Both the position numbers and the translations under genes were made by a program. The notes beneath the pieces are model-generated. The model was not told the DNA's origin, did not search any database, and worked only from the letters and a program-made list of their open reading frames with translations. A stretch of DNA of 32,000 bases from Candidatus Brocadia sp. (lineage in GTDB: Bacteria > Planctomycetota > Brocadiia > Brocadiales > Brocadiaceae). The stretch covers positions 1 through 32,000 of the forward strand of contig CP091279.1 in NCBI GenBank assembly GCA_021650915.1, in the 5' to 3' direction. How positions within the stretch are numbered: position 1 is the first letter of the stretch; the number at the start of each line of letters is the position of its first letter. Positions 17,632 to 26,829 of this stretch are shown one piece after another.

Positions 17632-19481
17632 GTGTCTGAACGAAAACGCACTTTTTGTAAAAGTGCGAGGTCGATTTTCTATTTACCAATAGATAATTTT
17701 AAGATTTGAGATTAGGGTTTTTGGCAAAAATACTGTTCTTTTACATATTTCCCTTGTTTTCCCCTTTATTTTAGCCTTGTCTGGGCGTACCTGCCTCCCG
17801 GCAGACTGTTTTTCTTCGTGTTTTTTGCTTGCTTAGGCGGCTTTTCGCAACTTTTCGCACTGCTTCCGTGCCTTCTCCTGCAGCACGTTTCCCAGCTTGT
17901 GCAAATTCGCAGCTAACACGCCCATTGCACAATATCTTTTAAAGGCATGCAGCCCTTTGTCCGGACACCTATCCAAGCCGTGATGCTCCAAACGATTGAT
18001 ATCCGATTCTACCGCCGAGTGCTTGTGCCTTAGCTTCTTAAATGTCTTACCCGATTCCTCTTCCTGTTCCGCCTTATTCTTCTTGCCCTTCTTGGGAAGG
18101 ATTACCTCTGGTATATACAAACTCAGCAACTCTTTATTCTCTTTCTTGTAAAAACCTTTATCAAAACTTATACTCTTTATTGTGCCTTCTCCGTAACGGC
18201 TCAACAACCTATCTGCCAATGGAATTACCAACGATACATCCGCCTGTTTTTCTCCTACCACATGGTCCACGATGAAACCCCACTGATCGCTTGCTACCAG
18301 AATATTATGTCCCAACTCTACCCTTTTGTTTGACTTGCCTTTGTACAGCCACTCCGTATGCGGCTCAAACAACGAATGAACCTTTTCTGCCGCCGGTATT
18401 ACCTCATCCCGGATCACCCTTCTCTCCACCAGGTCTATCTGTTTATTCAACATCCCGTGAAAATACTCCAGTGTCCCTATTTTCCCTGCATGCTTGTCTA
18501 CCTGGTTCGTCGTTAGCACCTTTTCGTAGATGGCTAACAGACTCGCTCCTATCTTTTCACTCAAACCCCTCGATAATTCCAAGTAACTCCTCACATGCTC
18601 TTCCTTGTTTTTCCCCCCCGCTGCTTGACGCCTTTGCGCTTATCCTCATCAGCTTTTTTAACTCTCTCCTCCAATATTTGCTCTTGCGCCATCCTTTCCC
18701 CGCCAGGATGCCTTCCTCTATTGCATCCTCTATCATGTCCAGACTCTTGCGTCCCGCATCCCACAATAAATTCATATCGGTCGGAAAGTGTACATTCGTC
18801 TCTAACACATACGTATCCACCTTAATACACAGTCCTTCGTCCTTTTTTTTAACCAACTGATGCCCCGATGATATCACCACTTCATTTATCTGCCTGAGGG
18901 TCTCCTCATCCAACAATCTTATATTGTCCTTGATGCTCTGCATCGAAAAAACCTTCGCCTCTCCAAATGCCGTCTCAACCCCCATTATCTGCCTGATAAG
19001 TTTGTGATGGTTGGCAAAATCCTCCAACCTGTCATAATCGGCATCTAACCCTAATCTTACCACCGACAACACCAAAATATGCCATAAATCCATCCCATAT
19101 CTTCCCGTCTTTTTCTTCCCCTTCGTTACCTTCGCCTCTAATATCCGGAATACCTCCTCGTTCAACTCCGGTGTAACATAGATATGTTGCAACGCCCTCA
19201 GTATCGGTGGTAGCTCATCTCGACTCTTTATTGGCAGTTTTACCCCTGAAATGGGTATGATGCCAAGCTTCAATTGCTGCTCAAATCTCTTTCTCATCTT
19301 CTATCGAATGTCCTTTGGCTAGTGGGTTAATGAACCGAATATTTGGACTCTTTATACCCAGAATCCCTTCATTTTCGCCATATTTTACCCTTTTACCCGA
19401 AAAAATTCAATGACTTTCATGAACATTTTTCACCAGCTTCTCCTTACTTTACAGGGCTCTGGGGGGTTTCCGTTCAAACAC
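17632..19481 (-). mobile_element. ISNCY/ISDol1-like IS, frameshifted copy (1850 bp), inserted in the permease gene
   Basis: Termini are GTGTCTGAACGAAAAC / GTGTTTGAACGGAAAC (imperfect inverted repeats). A 6-bp target duplication TATATA lies at 17626-17631 and 19482-19487. Excision restores ...SVPTAYI-LSRKTFWGK in frame. Confidence 0.93.
17833..19297 (-). pseudogene. ISNCY/ISDol1-like transposase split by +1 bp in a homopolymer
   Basis: ORFs 18557..19297 and 17833..18594 together equal the intact 487-aa protein at 29369..30832. The only disruptive difference seen is C7 at 18613-18619 versus G6 (30056-30061) in the intact copy. Confidence 0.9.
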
Positions 19482-19487
19482 TATATA

Positions 19488-19724
19488 GGCAGTGGGTACA
19501 CTGAAAACAAACACTATCAGGGAGGCAATAAAAGAAGAGCCGAATGTTACGACAATGGAGACAAGTATCACGCGGCTACTCAGTTGTTGAAGGAAAGAAG
19601 ATGGGGTTGTCGTAAAGAACAGCGACCCGATAATTAAAAACATAAAGGCAATAAGGATGAAGGAAAAGAAGTAATTGGTGCCTTCAAATACCTTATTCGC
19701 CACTTTTAGATAAAGCTTCCCCAT
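19488..19724 (-). pseudogene. ABC transporter permease (ModB/CysTW-type), N-terminal fragment
   Basis: MGKLYLKVANKVFEGTNYFFSFILIAFMFLIIGSLFF...SVPTAYI, with the ATG at 19724. The 174-aa ORF in the track is a chimera of miniature element, this fragment and the IS end. Confidence 0.75.
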
Positions 19725-19727
19725 ATC

Positions 19728-19955
19728 ATAACGCAGTACAGTCGCAACCAATTCCCCATTTTGAAAGCGGGAGATTGCTTCGGACAAGACCCTCGCAATG
19801 ACACTGGCTATGTCTTTGATGACATCCAGTACGTTGTCATTGCGAGCGAAGCGAAACAATCCTCCTCTTATAAATAAACGGTACCTTCTGACAAGGGATA
19901 AATAGGGTTGCAAAAAAACTTGCAAAAGAAGAAAGATTTTATGCGGTAATACTAT
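19728..19955 (+). repeat. Modular miniature element with hairpin core, copy (c), 4 nt from the permease ATG
   Basis: 5' module ATAACGCAGTACAGTCGCAACC, hairpin at 19773-19861 (the same arms as the nested copies), 3' module AAGAAGAAAGATTTTATGCGGTAATACTAT. Confidence 0.75.
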
Positions 19956-20075
19956 AACGCAGCACAGTTGCAACTAAACTAAATTAACCACCCCTTCAGC
20001 CCCTCCTTGCAAGGAGGGGCTGAAGGGCGGCAAAATATCTTTCTGGAAAAAGAAATTTCTACAAGGTAATACGAT
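19956..20075 (+). repeat. Modular miniature element, copy (e), head-to-tail with copy (c); core is a 36-bp perfect palindrome
   Basis: It starts with the 5' module AACGCAGCACAGTTGCAAC. The core is CCCTTCAGCCCCTCCTTG/CAAGGAGGGGCTGAAGGG (19992-20027). The 3' module is GGAAAAAGAAATTTCTACAAGGTAATACGAT. Confidence 0.7.
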
Positions 20076-20104
20076 GGTGATGTTTTGCGATTTCAAAAAC
20101 AGAT

Positions 20105-21154
20105 TTACAGTTTCGTTATCGTGTCGCTGTCGTAGTTTGCCACCCAAATGTTAGCGCCATCAAAGACAATTCCCCGAGGGTTGATGCCTACATCATAGGT
20201 GCCGATCACGGCGCCGTCACTTGCTCTCATTTTTGTTACGTCGTTACTGCCCGCATTCGTCACCCAGATATTGGCGCCATCAAAGGCTATTCCGTATGGG
20301 TACATTCCCACAGCGTAGGTGCCGAGTGTGGTCCCATCATTTGCTCTCAGCTTTGTTACCTTACCGCTGCCGTAATTTGTTATCCAGATATTGGCGCCGT
20401 CAAAGGCCACCCATTTGGGGATCCAACCCACAGCGTAGGTGCTGAGTAAAGTCCCATCGCTTGCCCGTAGCTTCGTTACGCTGTTGCTATTAGAATTTAC
20501 CACCCAAACGTTGGCGCCGTCGAAGATCACTCCTCGCGGATTTAGACCCACGGCATAGGTGCCGAGTATCGTTCCATCGCTTGCCCGTAATTTTGTCACA
20601 TCGTTACTGCCGGAATTTGTCACCCAGATATTTTCCCCATCAAAGGCCACTCCATAGGGATAGAAACCCACGACATAGGTGTCGAGCACCGCTCCATCGC
20701 TTGCTCTCATTTTTGTTATGCTGTCGCCGCCGGAATTTGCCACCCAGATGTTAGCGCCATCAAAAGCTATTCCCCTTGGGATGAAGCCCACGGCATAGTT
20801 GCCAAGTACGGTCCCGTCACTTCCCCTTAGCTTTGTTATACTGATGCTACCAGAATTCGTCACCCAGATATTGGTTCCGTCAAAGGTCACTCCATAGGGT
20901 TGAAAACCCACGGAAAAGGTAGAACTGCTGTGGGTTGTCAGTTCATACCATTGTTTGAGCTTTCTAAAGCGCGTTTCCTCTGTGTCGACATCTTCATTTG
21001 AGACAGTGAGAGAAGGGCGTTGCACATTCGGAAGGATGAAGCGGGAAAGAGTCTCTCCTGGAGTTGTGCGTTTTTCATATGATTCCGCCCGGGGCGCCAT
21101 GCTGGTAAATAAGACTAATGCAATAAAAAAGAAGATGTTCCTGGAGACCTTCAT
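20105..21154 (-). CDS. Secreted repeat protein, 7 x ~40-aa repeats (beta-propeller-like, NHL/YVTN-type impression)
   Basis: Signal peptide MKVSRNIFFFIALVLFTSMAPRAES, with AAGGAG before the ATG. There are seven units of the form G(I/V)AFDGANIWV(T/A)NxGSxxVTKLRASDGxxLGTYxVGxxP. The repeat is visible at DNA level as ~120-bp tandem units (20108-20896). Confidence 0.8.
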   Translation of the reverse strand: MKVSRNIFFFIALVLFTSMAPRAESYEKRTTPGETLSRFILPNVQRPSLTVSNEDVDTEETRFRKLKQWYELTTHSSSTFSVGFQPYGVTFDGTNIWVTNSGSISITKLRGSDGTVLGNYAVGFIPRGIAFDGANIWVANSGGDSITKMRASDGAVLDTYVVGFYPYGVAFDGENIWVTNSGSNDVTKLRASDGTILGTYAVGLNPRGVIFDGANVWVVNSNSNSVTKLRASDGTLLSTYAVGWIPKWVAFDGANIWITNYGSGKVTKLRANDGTTLGTYAVGMYPYGIAFDGANIWVTNAGSNDVTKMRASDGAVIGTYDVGINPRGIVFDGANIWVANYDSDTITKL

Positions 21155-21177
21155 TTTTTTCTCCTTTCAGGTTAACG

Positions 21178-21738
21178 TTACGGAGGTGACGTGACCTCGA
21201 TTTCTTGAAGCACGGGAATAACGATTTTACCAACGTATTTAAACGACTCAAAAAGCATGAAAAAGAAGACACCTACGGCTACGGCGATAATAACCGCTCC
21301 TGCCCAATGCTGGAAATGAAATCGTTTCAGTGAAGGAGCAAAAGTAATCAGGCCGAACACGGCGGAAAGCACCGTTATAGCATCAAGGCTCGCCCGTTGC
21401 CAGTAAGGGCCTCCCAAATGCAGCCACATTCCAAACTCGTCAAAGGTTAATGCCATACCGCTTCCGTAAATTATGGCAGCTATTTCCAGGTTTCGACCAC
21501 CCGGATGCCAGAACAGCTGATATGCACCGACACCGGCAAGGAGAAAAATGCCATAATTGAGATGATGAACATGCGTTCCCCCTAAATGCAGGTAGAGATC
21601 GGGTATTCTCCGGGACATAATTAAAATGACAAGCACTCGAACCACAATAAACGTCAAAATGAAAGTGACAAGCACTAACCGAGCAAGATGGTTGGAAATT
21701 TGTAGTGACGTTATGCTAGGATTTGTGCCGTTTGCCAT
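21178..21738 (-). CDS. Integral membrane protein of unknown function (4-5 TM; HHLNYG and TFDEFGMW motifs)
   Basis: The ORF lies directly downstream of the MprF-like gene. I chose ATG 21738 (MANGT...); TTG 21780 is an alternative start. No family is recognised. Confidence 0.6.
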   Translation of the reverse strand: MANGTNPSITSLQISNHLARLVLVTFILTFIVVRVLVILIMSRRIPDLYLHLGGTHVHHLNYGIFLLAGVGAYQLFWHPGGRNLEIAAIIYGSGMALTFDEFGMWLHLGGPYWQRASLDAITVLSAVFGLITFAPSLKRFHFQHWAGAVIIAVAVGVFFFMLFESFKYVGKIVIPVLQEIEVTSPP

Positions 21739-21789
21739 TGTTAACAATCTACGAAAAGTGCCAAGAGAATAGTAGTGCAATATCTCTCT

Positions 21790-24342
21790 CTATAAAATTG
21801 CAACAACTCCCCTGGTTCCTCTCAAAATAAGAAAAGCAATGTTGGTAAGAATACGCGGCAGTTTTAAGCCCCCGGGAAATGCCAGATATTTGGGTTCCCA
21901 TTCAGGATCAAACTTTTCCTTGTACTGTCGTAATCCCTGGAAGTTATAAAAATGTTCCCCGTGACGAAAAACTAACGATCCAAGCCTGCTCCAGAGCGGT
22001 GCAAGGGCGTGTTCCTCAAGTCCGGAGAGGGGCGCCATTCCCAAGTTAAACCACTTATATCCCTCTTGCTTTCCCCAGAGCATAAGCTGTACAAACAGAT
22101 ATTCCATGACGCCGTTTGGGGCATCGGGGAAGTGTCGCATAAGATCTCCAGAGACCTCCGCCTTCTCACTACTGAGCCAGACGTTCACAAAGGCGATGAT
22201 CTTGCCATTCTTTCGCACTATCCCGGCGGGGTAATGTTTCAGGTATTCTGTATCGAAGAACCCTATGCTGAATCCTTTCTCGGTGATATTTTTTTCCTGC
22301 AGCCACGCGTCTGATATTATCTTAAGTTTTGGCAGTAAAGACGGTATTGTGGTGGTTGGGACTAACTCAAAGGTACAACCCTCCTTCTCAAGGCGATTAC
22401 AGGTGTGGCGTAATCCCTTCCTGGCGGACCCTTCAAGAGAAAACGTTGTCAGGGGGACGCGAGCTTCTTCGCCAAGTTTAAGCAGGGTTAGGCCAAGGTC
22501 AATATAAATGGGGAGATTCCTTCGGTTTACCTCGTAGAAGACCGTCCATCCATCATGACGATCGCATAGTTCATGGAATTTCCAAATCAGTTCGGGCATT
22601 TCATTTTCCGGACCGACGGGGTCACCCAGCGCCACCCAACTTCTGCCATTAATTGCGTACATTATGAATGCATTTCTGCGCTCGTTCAAGAGGAATAATT
22701 TGTCCCCAAGCAGGGCAAAATTGGCGTACGTTCCTTTTGACCCTTTCACGATAGCACGGACTATTTCCAAGTCCGTCGCTAATGGAATCGATGGTTTCGC
22801 AAATGCCGGGCGTAAGAGTTTTAACACGGCGAAAAAAAGCGCTAAAATTACAACTCCCGCGGTAGCGCGGAGAAACCGCGGTGCATTACCTGACAAACTG
22901 AAATGCCACCATAACTCATTGGAATACGCAACATGTTTGTGACAGAAGAATCCCAGCCAGACTGAGCAAAGAATAACAATTACGATAGCTGCGATCCAGC
23001 GTGCAGTAAACGGCTCATTTATGAGAGACGTTTTGCGGTAGAAATGACGGCGGGACGGTAGGAGCGCACCTAACATAAGAGCCAAAACAACCGCCTCCTC
23101 ATAATCGAATCCCTTAAGTAAGGAAAAGACAATTCCGGCGCTTAAAAGGGCTATGGTGAGAGAATATACGGCATTAAGTCTGCGTTGCAGACCCCAGGAT
23201 AATAAGAGAAGCAAAACACCGGCAATGCTACCCAAAAAATGGGAGATTTCCATAACCGATAGCGGCAGTAAATCTTTGAGCCACATTATACGAATATTTA
23301 CTGCAGGGATTGCTCCCGAAAAGAGAAGAATGGCGCCACCGACAAAAGAGGTAACGGAGAGTACTGTTGGTATAATCTCTGGCGTCCATTGTCCAAAGAT
23401 GCGGGCAAACAGTCTGCATGCCTCTTTTCTCAGAAGGAGTTCGTGGATACCAAGCAACACCGTGGCGAAACAGATAGGCAGCAAGTAGTATATTCCACGA
23501 AAGACCAAAAGCGATCCAAGGATAGAAGAAGCCGGTAGCGTGGGCGAAAGGAAGACGATGAATACGGTTTCAATAATCCCAAGTCCGCCGGGAACCTGGC
23601 TTACTAACGTTGCTATTTGGGACAGAACAAAGATACCAAGAATCTTGAGATAAGACAATTTTTCCATAGAGGGAAGCAGGACGTAAAGCACGCTTCCGTT
23701 CAATATCACATCAAGGCATGCAATTACGGTTGAAGAAAGAGAGAACTTTAGCGAAGGAATGGAAAACTCCCATTTCAGAACCCTGAGAGGTTTCTTTCTC
23801 ATGGCGCTGAATAACAGGTATCCGGTAATAAAAACGAGGAAGAATATCCCAAGATGCGGTTCTGACACAAAACGGAGGTGAATCAATGCAGGAATTCCTA
23901 GTGGTTCTGAAAGAAAAACAATTCCACCTATGGTGAAGATGCCCAGCCAATAGCTTAAACCACTAAAAATGACAATTTTGGTGACGTCAATCGCAGAAAG
24001 TCCCCACGCTGAGTAGAGCCGGTAACGGATTGCGGCGTGCATGGGTGTGCCAACGCTATTGCTGAAGGCATAACCGATGAAACCGGCGGTGGCAAGCTTG
24101 TTATACCCCAGCGGGCGATGTACATAGCGGAGTGCAACGGATTCATACTCTATCATTGCTAAATAACTAAACACGGTAAGCACTAGGGCAACGAGAAGAT
24201 GAGAAGCCGGGATTGTTTTCAGTTGATGTAGGACATCCTGATAATGATACTCCTTTAGTTCATAACGGAGCACATACAGTGCGGCGGCAAAGAGTAAGAG
24301 GCCAAATAGAGCGCCAAGACTTTGGAGGAGCTTTTTTTTCAT
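21790..24342 (-). CDS. mprF: MprF-like bifunctional lysyl-phosphatidylglycerol flippase/synthetase
   Basis: 850 aa. About 14 transmembrane segments are followed by a C-terminal DUF2156/LPG-synthase-like domain (ALGDPVGPENEMPELIWKFHELCDRHDGWTVFYEV...FRHGEHFYNFQGLRQYKEKF). Confidence 0.85.
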   Translation of the reverse strand: MKKKLLQSLGALFGLLLFAAALYVLRYELKEYHYQDVLHQLKTIPASHLLVALVLTVFSYLAMIEYESVALRYVHRPLGYNKLATAGFIGYAFSNSVGTPMHAAIRYRLYSAWGLSAIDVTKIVIFSGLSYWLGIFTIGGIVFLSEPLGIPALIHLRFVSEPHLGIFFLVFITGYLLFSAMRKKPLRVLKWEFSIPSLKFSLSSTVIACLDVILNGSVLYVLLPSMEKLSYLKILGIFVLSQIATLVSQVPGGLGIIETVFIVFLSPTLPASSILGSLLVFRGIYYLLPICFATVLLGIHELLLRKEACRLFARIFGQWTPEIIPTVLSVTSFVGGAILLFSGAIPAVNIRIMWLKDLLPLSVMEISHFLGSIAGVLLLLLSWGLQRRLNAVYSLTIALLSAGIVFSLLKGFDYEEAVVLALMLGALLPSRRHFYRKTSLINEPFTARWIAAIVIVILCSVWLGFFCHKHVAYSNELWWHFSLSGNAPRFLRATAGVVILALFFAVLKLLRPAFAKPSIPLATDLEIVRAIVKGSKGTYANFALLGDKLFLLNERRNAFIMYAINGRSWVALGDPVGPENEMPELIWKFHELCDRHDGWTVFYEVNRRNLPIYIDLGLTLLKLGEEARVPLTTFSLEGSARKGLRHTCNRLEKEGCTFELVPTTTIPSLLPKLKIISDAWLQEKNITEKGFSIGFFDTEYLKHYPAGIVRKNGKIIAFVNVWLSSEKAEVSGDLMRHFPDAPNGVMEYLFVQLMLWGKQEGYKWFNLGMAPLSGLEEHALAPLWSRLGSLVFRHGEHFYNFQGLRQYKEKFDPEWEPKYLAFPGGLKLPRILTNIAFLILRGTRGVVAIL

Positions 24343-24463
24343 AGCGAATGCGTAATTCAGACATTATTAGTTTACCATAGCGAGACAAGCAACTCTTGAA
24401 CTCAATCCCTCTGCAAATACAATGGAAACTATCTGAAACGTGCAAATCTATCGGTATTGCTTG

Positions 24464-26527
24464 TTAATCCGCATTGGTTGCATACTTAAGGCCGAAATTA
24501 GTATCGTCATAATAGCTGATGTGCGCCTTGCCCGCTGTGTCCACTGCAATGGAGGTATACCCGCCTACGTTCCCGCTACTATCAAGAGTTTTTATTTTCC
24601 ATGAACCGGAAATATTGGTTGCATACTTGAGATCGTCATTCGTATCATCATAATAGCTTATATGAACCTTGTTTGATGTGTCTACTGCAATGGAAGTATG
24701 TCCGCCTACAGTTCCACTGCCGTCCACAGTCCTGGTTACCCACGAACCGGAAGTATTCGTGGCATACTTGAGGTCACCACGAGTATAATCATAATAGCTG
24801 ATGTGCGCCTTGCCTGATGTGTCTAGTGTTAAGGAGGAAAACTGTCCGACATCACCATCGCTGTCAATAGTCTTGGTTGTCCATAAACCAGCGGCACCCG
24901 TGGCATATTTGAGGACATCTTTTGTGTTATCATAATAACTTATATGTACCCTGCCTGATCTGTCCACTGCGATCGAGGTATATTCCCCTACATTTCCATC
25001 GCTGTCAATGGTCTTGGTTACCCACGAACCTGAGGCGTTGGTGGCATACTTGAGGTCTTCATTGGTGCAATCATAATAGCTTATGTGCGTTTTACCAGAT
25101 GCATCCACTTTTATGGAGGAAAACTCTCCTGCATTTCCTCCGCTATCAACAATCTCGGTTGCCCATGAACCAGAGGCATTGGTGGCGTATCTGAGATCAC
25201 CGTTCGTACTATCATAGTAGCTGATGTGCACCTTGTTTGATATGTCCACTGCTATGGAAGTAAATTCGCCTACATTTCCTTGACTGTACAAGCTTGTGAC
25301 TACCCATGAACCGGAGGCATTGGTAGCGTACTTGAGGTCGCTTTTTGTGCTGTCATAATAGCTGATGTGTACCTTGTTTAAGGTATCTGTTGCTATGGAG
25401 GTATATGCCACAACATTACCGCCACTGTCGATAGTTTCAGCTCTCCATAAGCCAGGAATATTAGTGGCATATTTGATACTACCATTGACGCTATCATAAT
25501 AACTTATATGCACGTTACGAGATGTATCCACTGCTATGGAGGTATAACTACCAACATTTACATCCTTAGCCACAGTATCTATTCTCCATGTGCCCGTGGC
25601 ATTGGTGGCGTGCCTGATGCTACCGGTAGTAATATCATAATAGCTGATGTGTACCTTACCCGCTGTGTCAGCTGCTATGGAGGTATATCCACCTACATTC
25701 CCGCTGTTATCTACAATAACCAATGTCCATGTGCCAGAGGCATTGGTGGCGTATTTGAGGTTTTTCCTGGTAGTATCATAATAGCTGATGTGTGCCTTGC
25801 CAGATGCGTCCACTGCTATGGAGGAGTATTCACCTACCCATTCGCCTTTGTCCACAGTAGTGGCTAACCATGATCCGGAGGCATTGGTGGCATATTTGAG
25901 GTTTTTCCGGGTAAGATCATAATAACTGATATGCACCTTGCCCGCTGTGTCCACTGCTACGGAGGTATATGTCCCCACATCCTCGTTATTATCTGCCGTG
26001 GCTGTTACCCATGTGCCAGAGCTATTCGTGGCATATTTGAGATCGCCGTTGAAATCGTCATAATAACTGATATGTACTTTATTTGAAGAATCAAGCGCTA
26101 TGGAGGTATATCCGCCTGTTTTCCCGCTGTTATCCACAATAACGGTTATCCATAAGCCTGATGCATTGGTGGCATATTTGAGGTTTTTATTCGTAAGATC
26201 GTAATAGCTGATGTGTACCTTGCCCGATTTATCCAGCGCTATTGAGGCATATCCGCCTACTCCAGAGGAAGGATCCACCGTCACGATATGCCATCTGCTG
26301 CCATCATGACGTGCATAGTAAAGGTGGTCGCCTCCAAAGACAATATGAGGATGGCCATGAGTGTCGATGGCCATTGCCCTCGAATAACCCTGTTGGGAAT
26401 ATTTTTCTTTTATAACGGTTTCTATCGGCCACGTTACCGCAAATGATGTATTTGTCATAAAAAGAAAGTTGGTAAAAATGAGAAATACGGGCAATAACGA
26501 TCTTTTGTTCATAATTATTCCCATCAT
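24464..26527 (-). CDS. Secreted repeat protein, 14 x ~44-aa repeats (HISYYD...LKYATNxSGxW), probable tandem beta-propellers
   Basis: AGGAGG lies 6 nt before the ATG, and the N-terminus is hydrophobic. There are 13 near-perfect units G(G/E)YTSIAVDxxGKVHISYYDxTxxDLKYATNASGSWxxxxVDxxGNV plus one degenerate first unit. The repeat is visible as ~132-bp tandem DNA units (24467-26380). Confidence 0.8.
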   Translation of the reverse strand: MMGIIMNKRSLLPVFLIFTNFLFMTNTSFAVTWPIETVIKEKYSQQGYSRAMAIDTHGHPHIVFGGDHLYYARHDGSRWHIVTVDPSSGVGGYASIALDKSGKVHISYYDLTNKNLKYATNASGLWITVIVDNSGKTGGYTSIALDSSNKVHISYYDDFNGDLKYATNSSGTWVTATADNNEDVGTYTSVAVDTAGKVHISYYDLTRKNLKYATNASGSWLATTVDKGEWVGEYSSIAVDASGKAHISYYDTTRKNLKYATNASGTWTLVIVDNSGNVGGYTSIAADTAGKVHISYYDITTGSIRHATNATGTWRIDTVAKDVNVGSYTSIAVDTSRNVHISYYDSVNGSIKYATNIPGLWRAETIDSGGNVVAYTSIATDTLNKVHISYYDSTKSDLKYATNASGSWVVTSLYSQGNVGEFTSIAVDISNKVHISYYDSTNGDLRYATNASGSWATEIVDSGGNAGEFSSIKVDASGKTHISYYDCTNEDLKYATNASGSWVTKTIDSDGNVGEYTSIAVDRSGRVHISYYDNTKDVLKYATGAAGLWTTKTIDSDGDVGQFSSLTLDTSGKAHISYYDYTRGDLKYATNTSGSWVTRTVDGSGTVGGHTSIAVDTSNKVHISYYDDTNDDLKYATNISGSWKIKTLDSSGNVGGYTSIAVDTAGKAHISYYDDTNFGLKYATNAD

Positions 26528-26784
26528 TTGCGGCCTCCTGTGAGTATTTTTTGGATTTCAATATAAGCTCCTTCCGCCATTTTAGCACATGGTGAATACT
26601 CAGGCAAGTTGAATAGGTCGTGCGGATACAAAAACTGTGCATTTATGAAACAGATGATCGTATTTTCATGATTGCATTTTTGTCTGGACTTATTTTTATG
26701 ATCGGCCACAAGGTATGCAGGAAGTCATACGTCCGGCTAGCGTAAGAACCGTAAACGCCGTATGAACACAAGTCTCGAAAGTTG

Positions 26785-26829
26785 CATCATCATCATCATC
26801 ACCACCACCACCACCACCACCACCACCAC
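26785..26829. repeat. Perfect trinucleotide microsatellite (CAT)5(CAC)10
   Basis: 45 bp with no interruption. It lies in the 725-bp region between the divergent genes starting at 26527 (-) and 27253 (+). Confidence 0.98.

Noticed and set aside
19449-19973. 174-aa ORF as a single gene
   Set aside because: It is a chimera. It is open by chance through the miniature element (RFARNDN... is translation of hairpin DNA), then covers the true permease N-terminus, and ends in the IS terminus (FERKPPRAL*).
20108-26380. Regularly spaced DNA repeats (120-bp and 132-bp periods) that could be mistaken for CRISPR-like arrays
   Set aside because: They lie inside long ORFs and translate into coherent 40-aa and 44-aa protein repeats. 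The units are contiguous with no unique spacers, and no cas genes are present.
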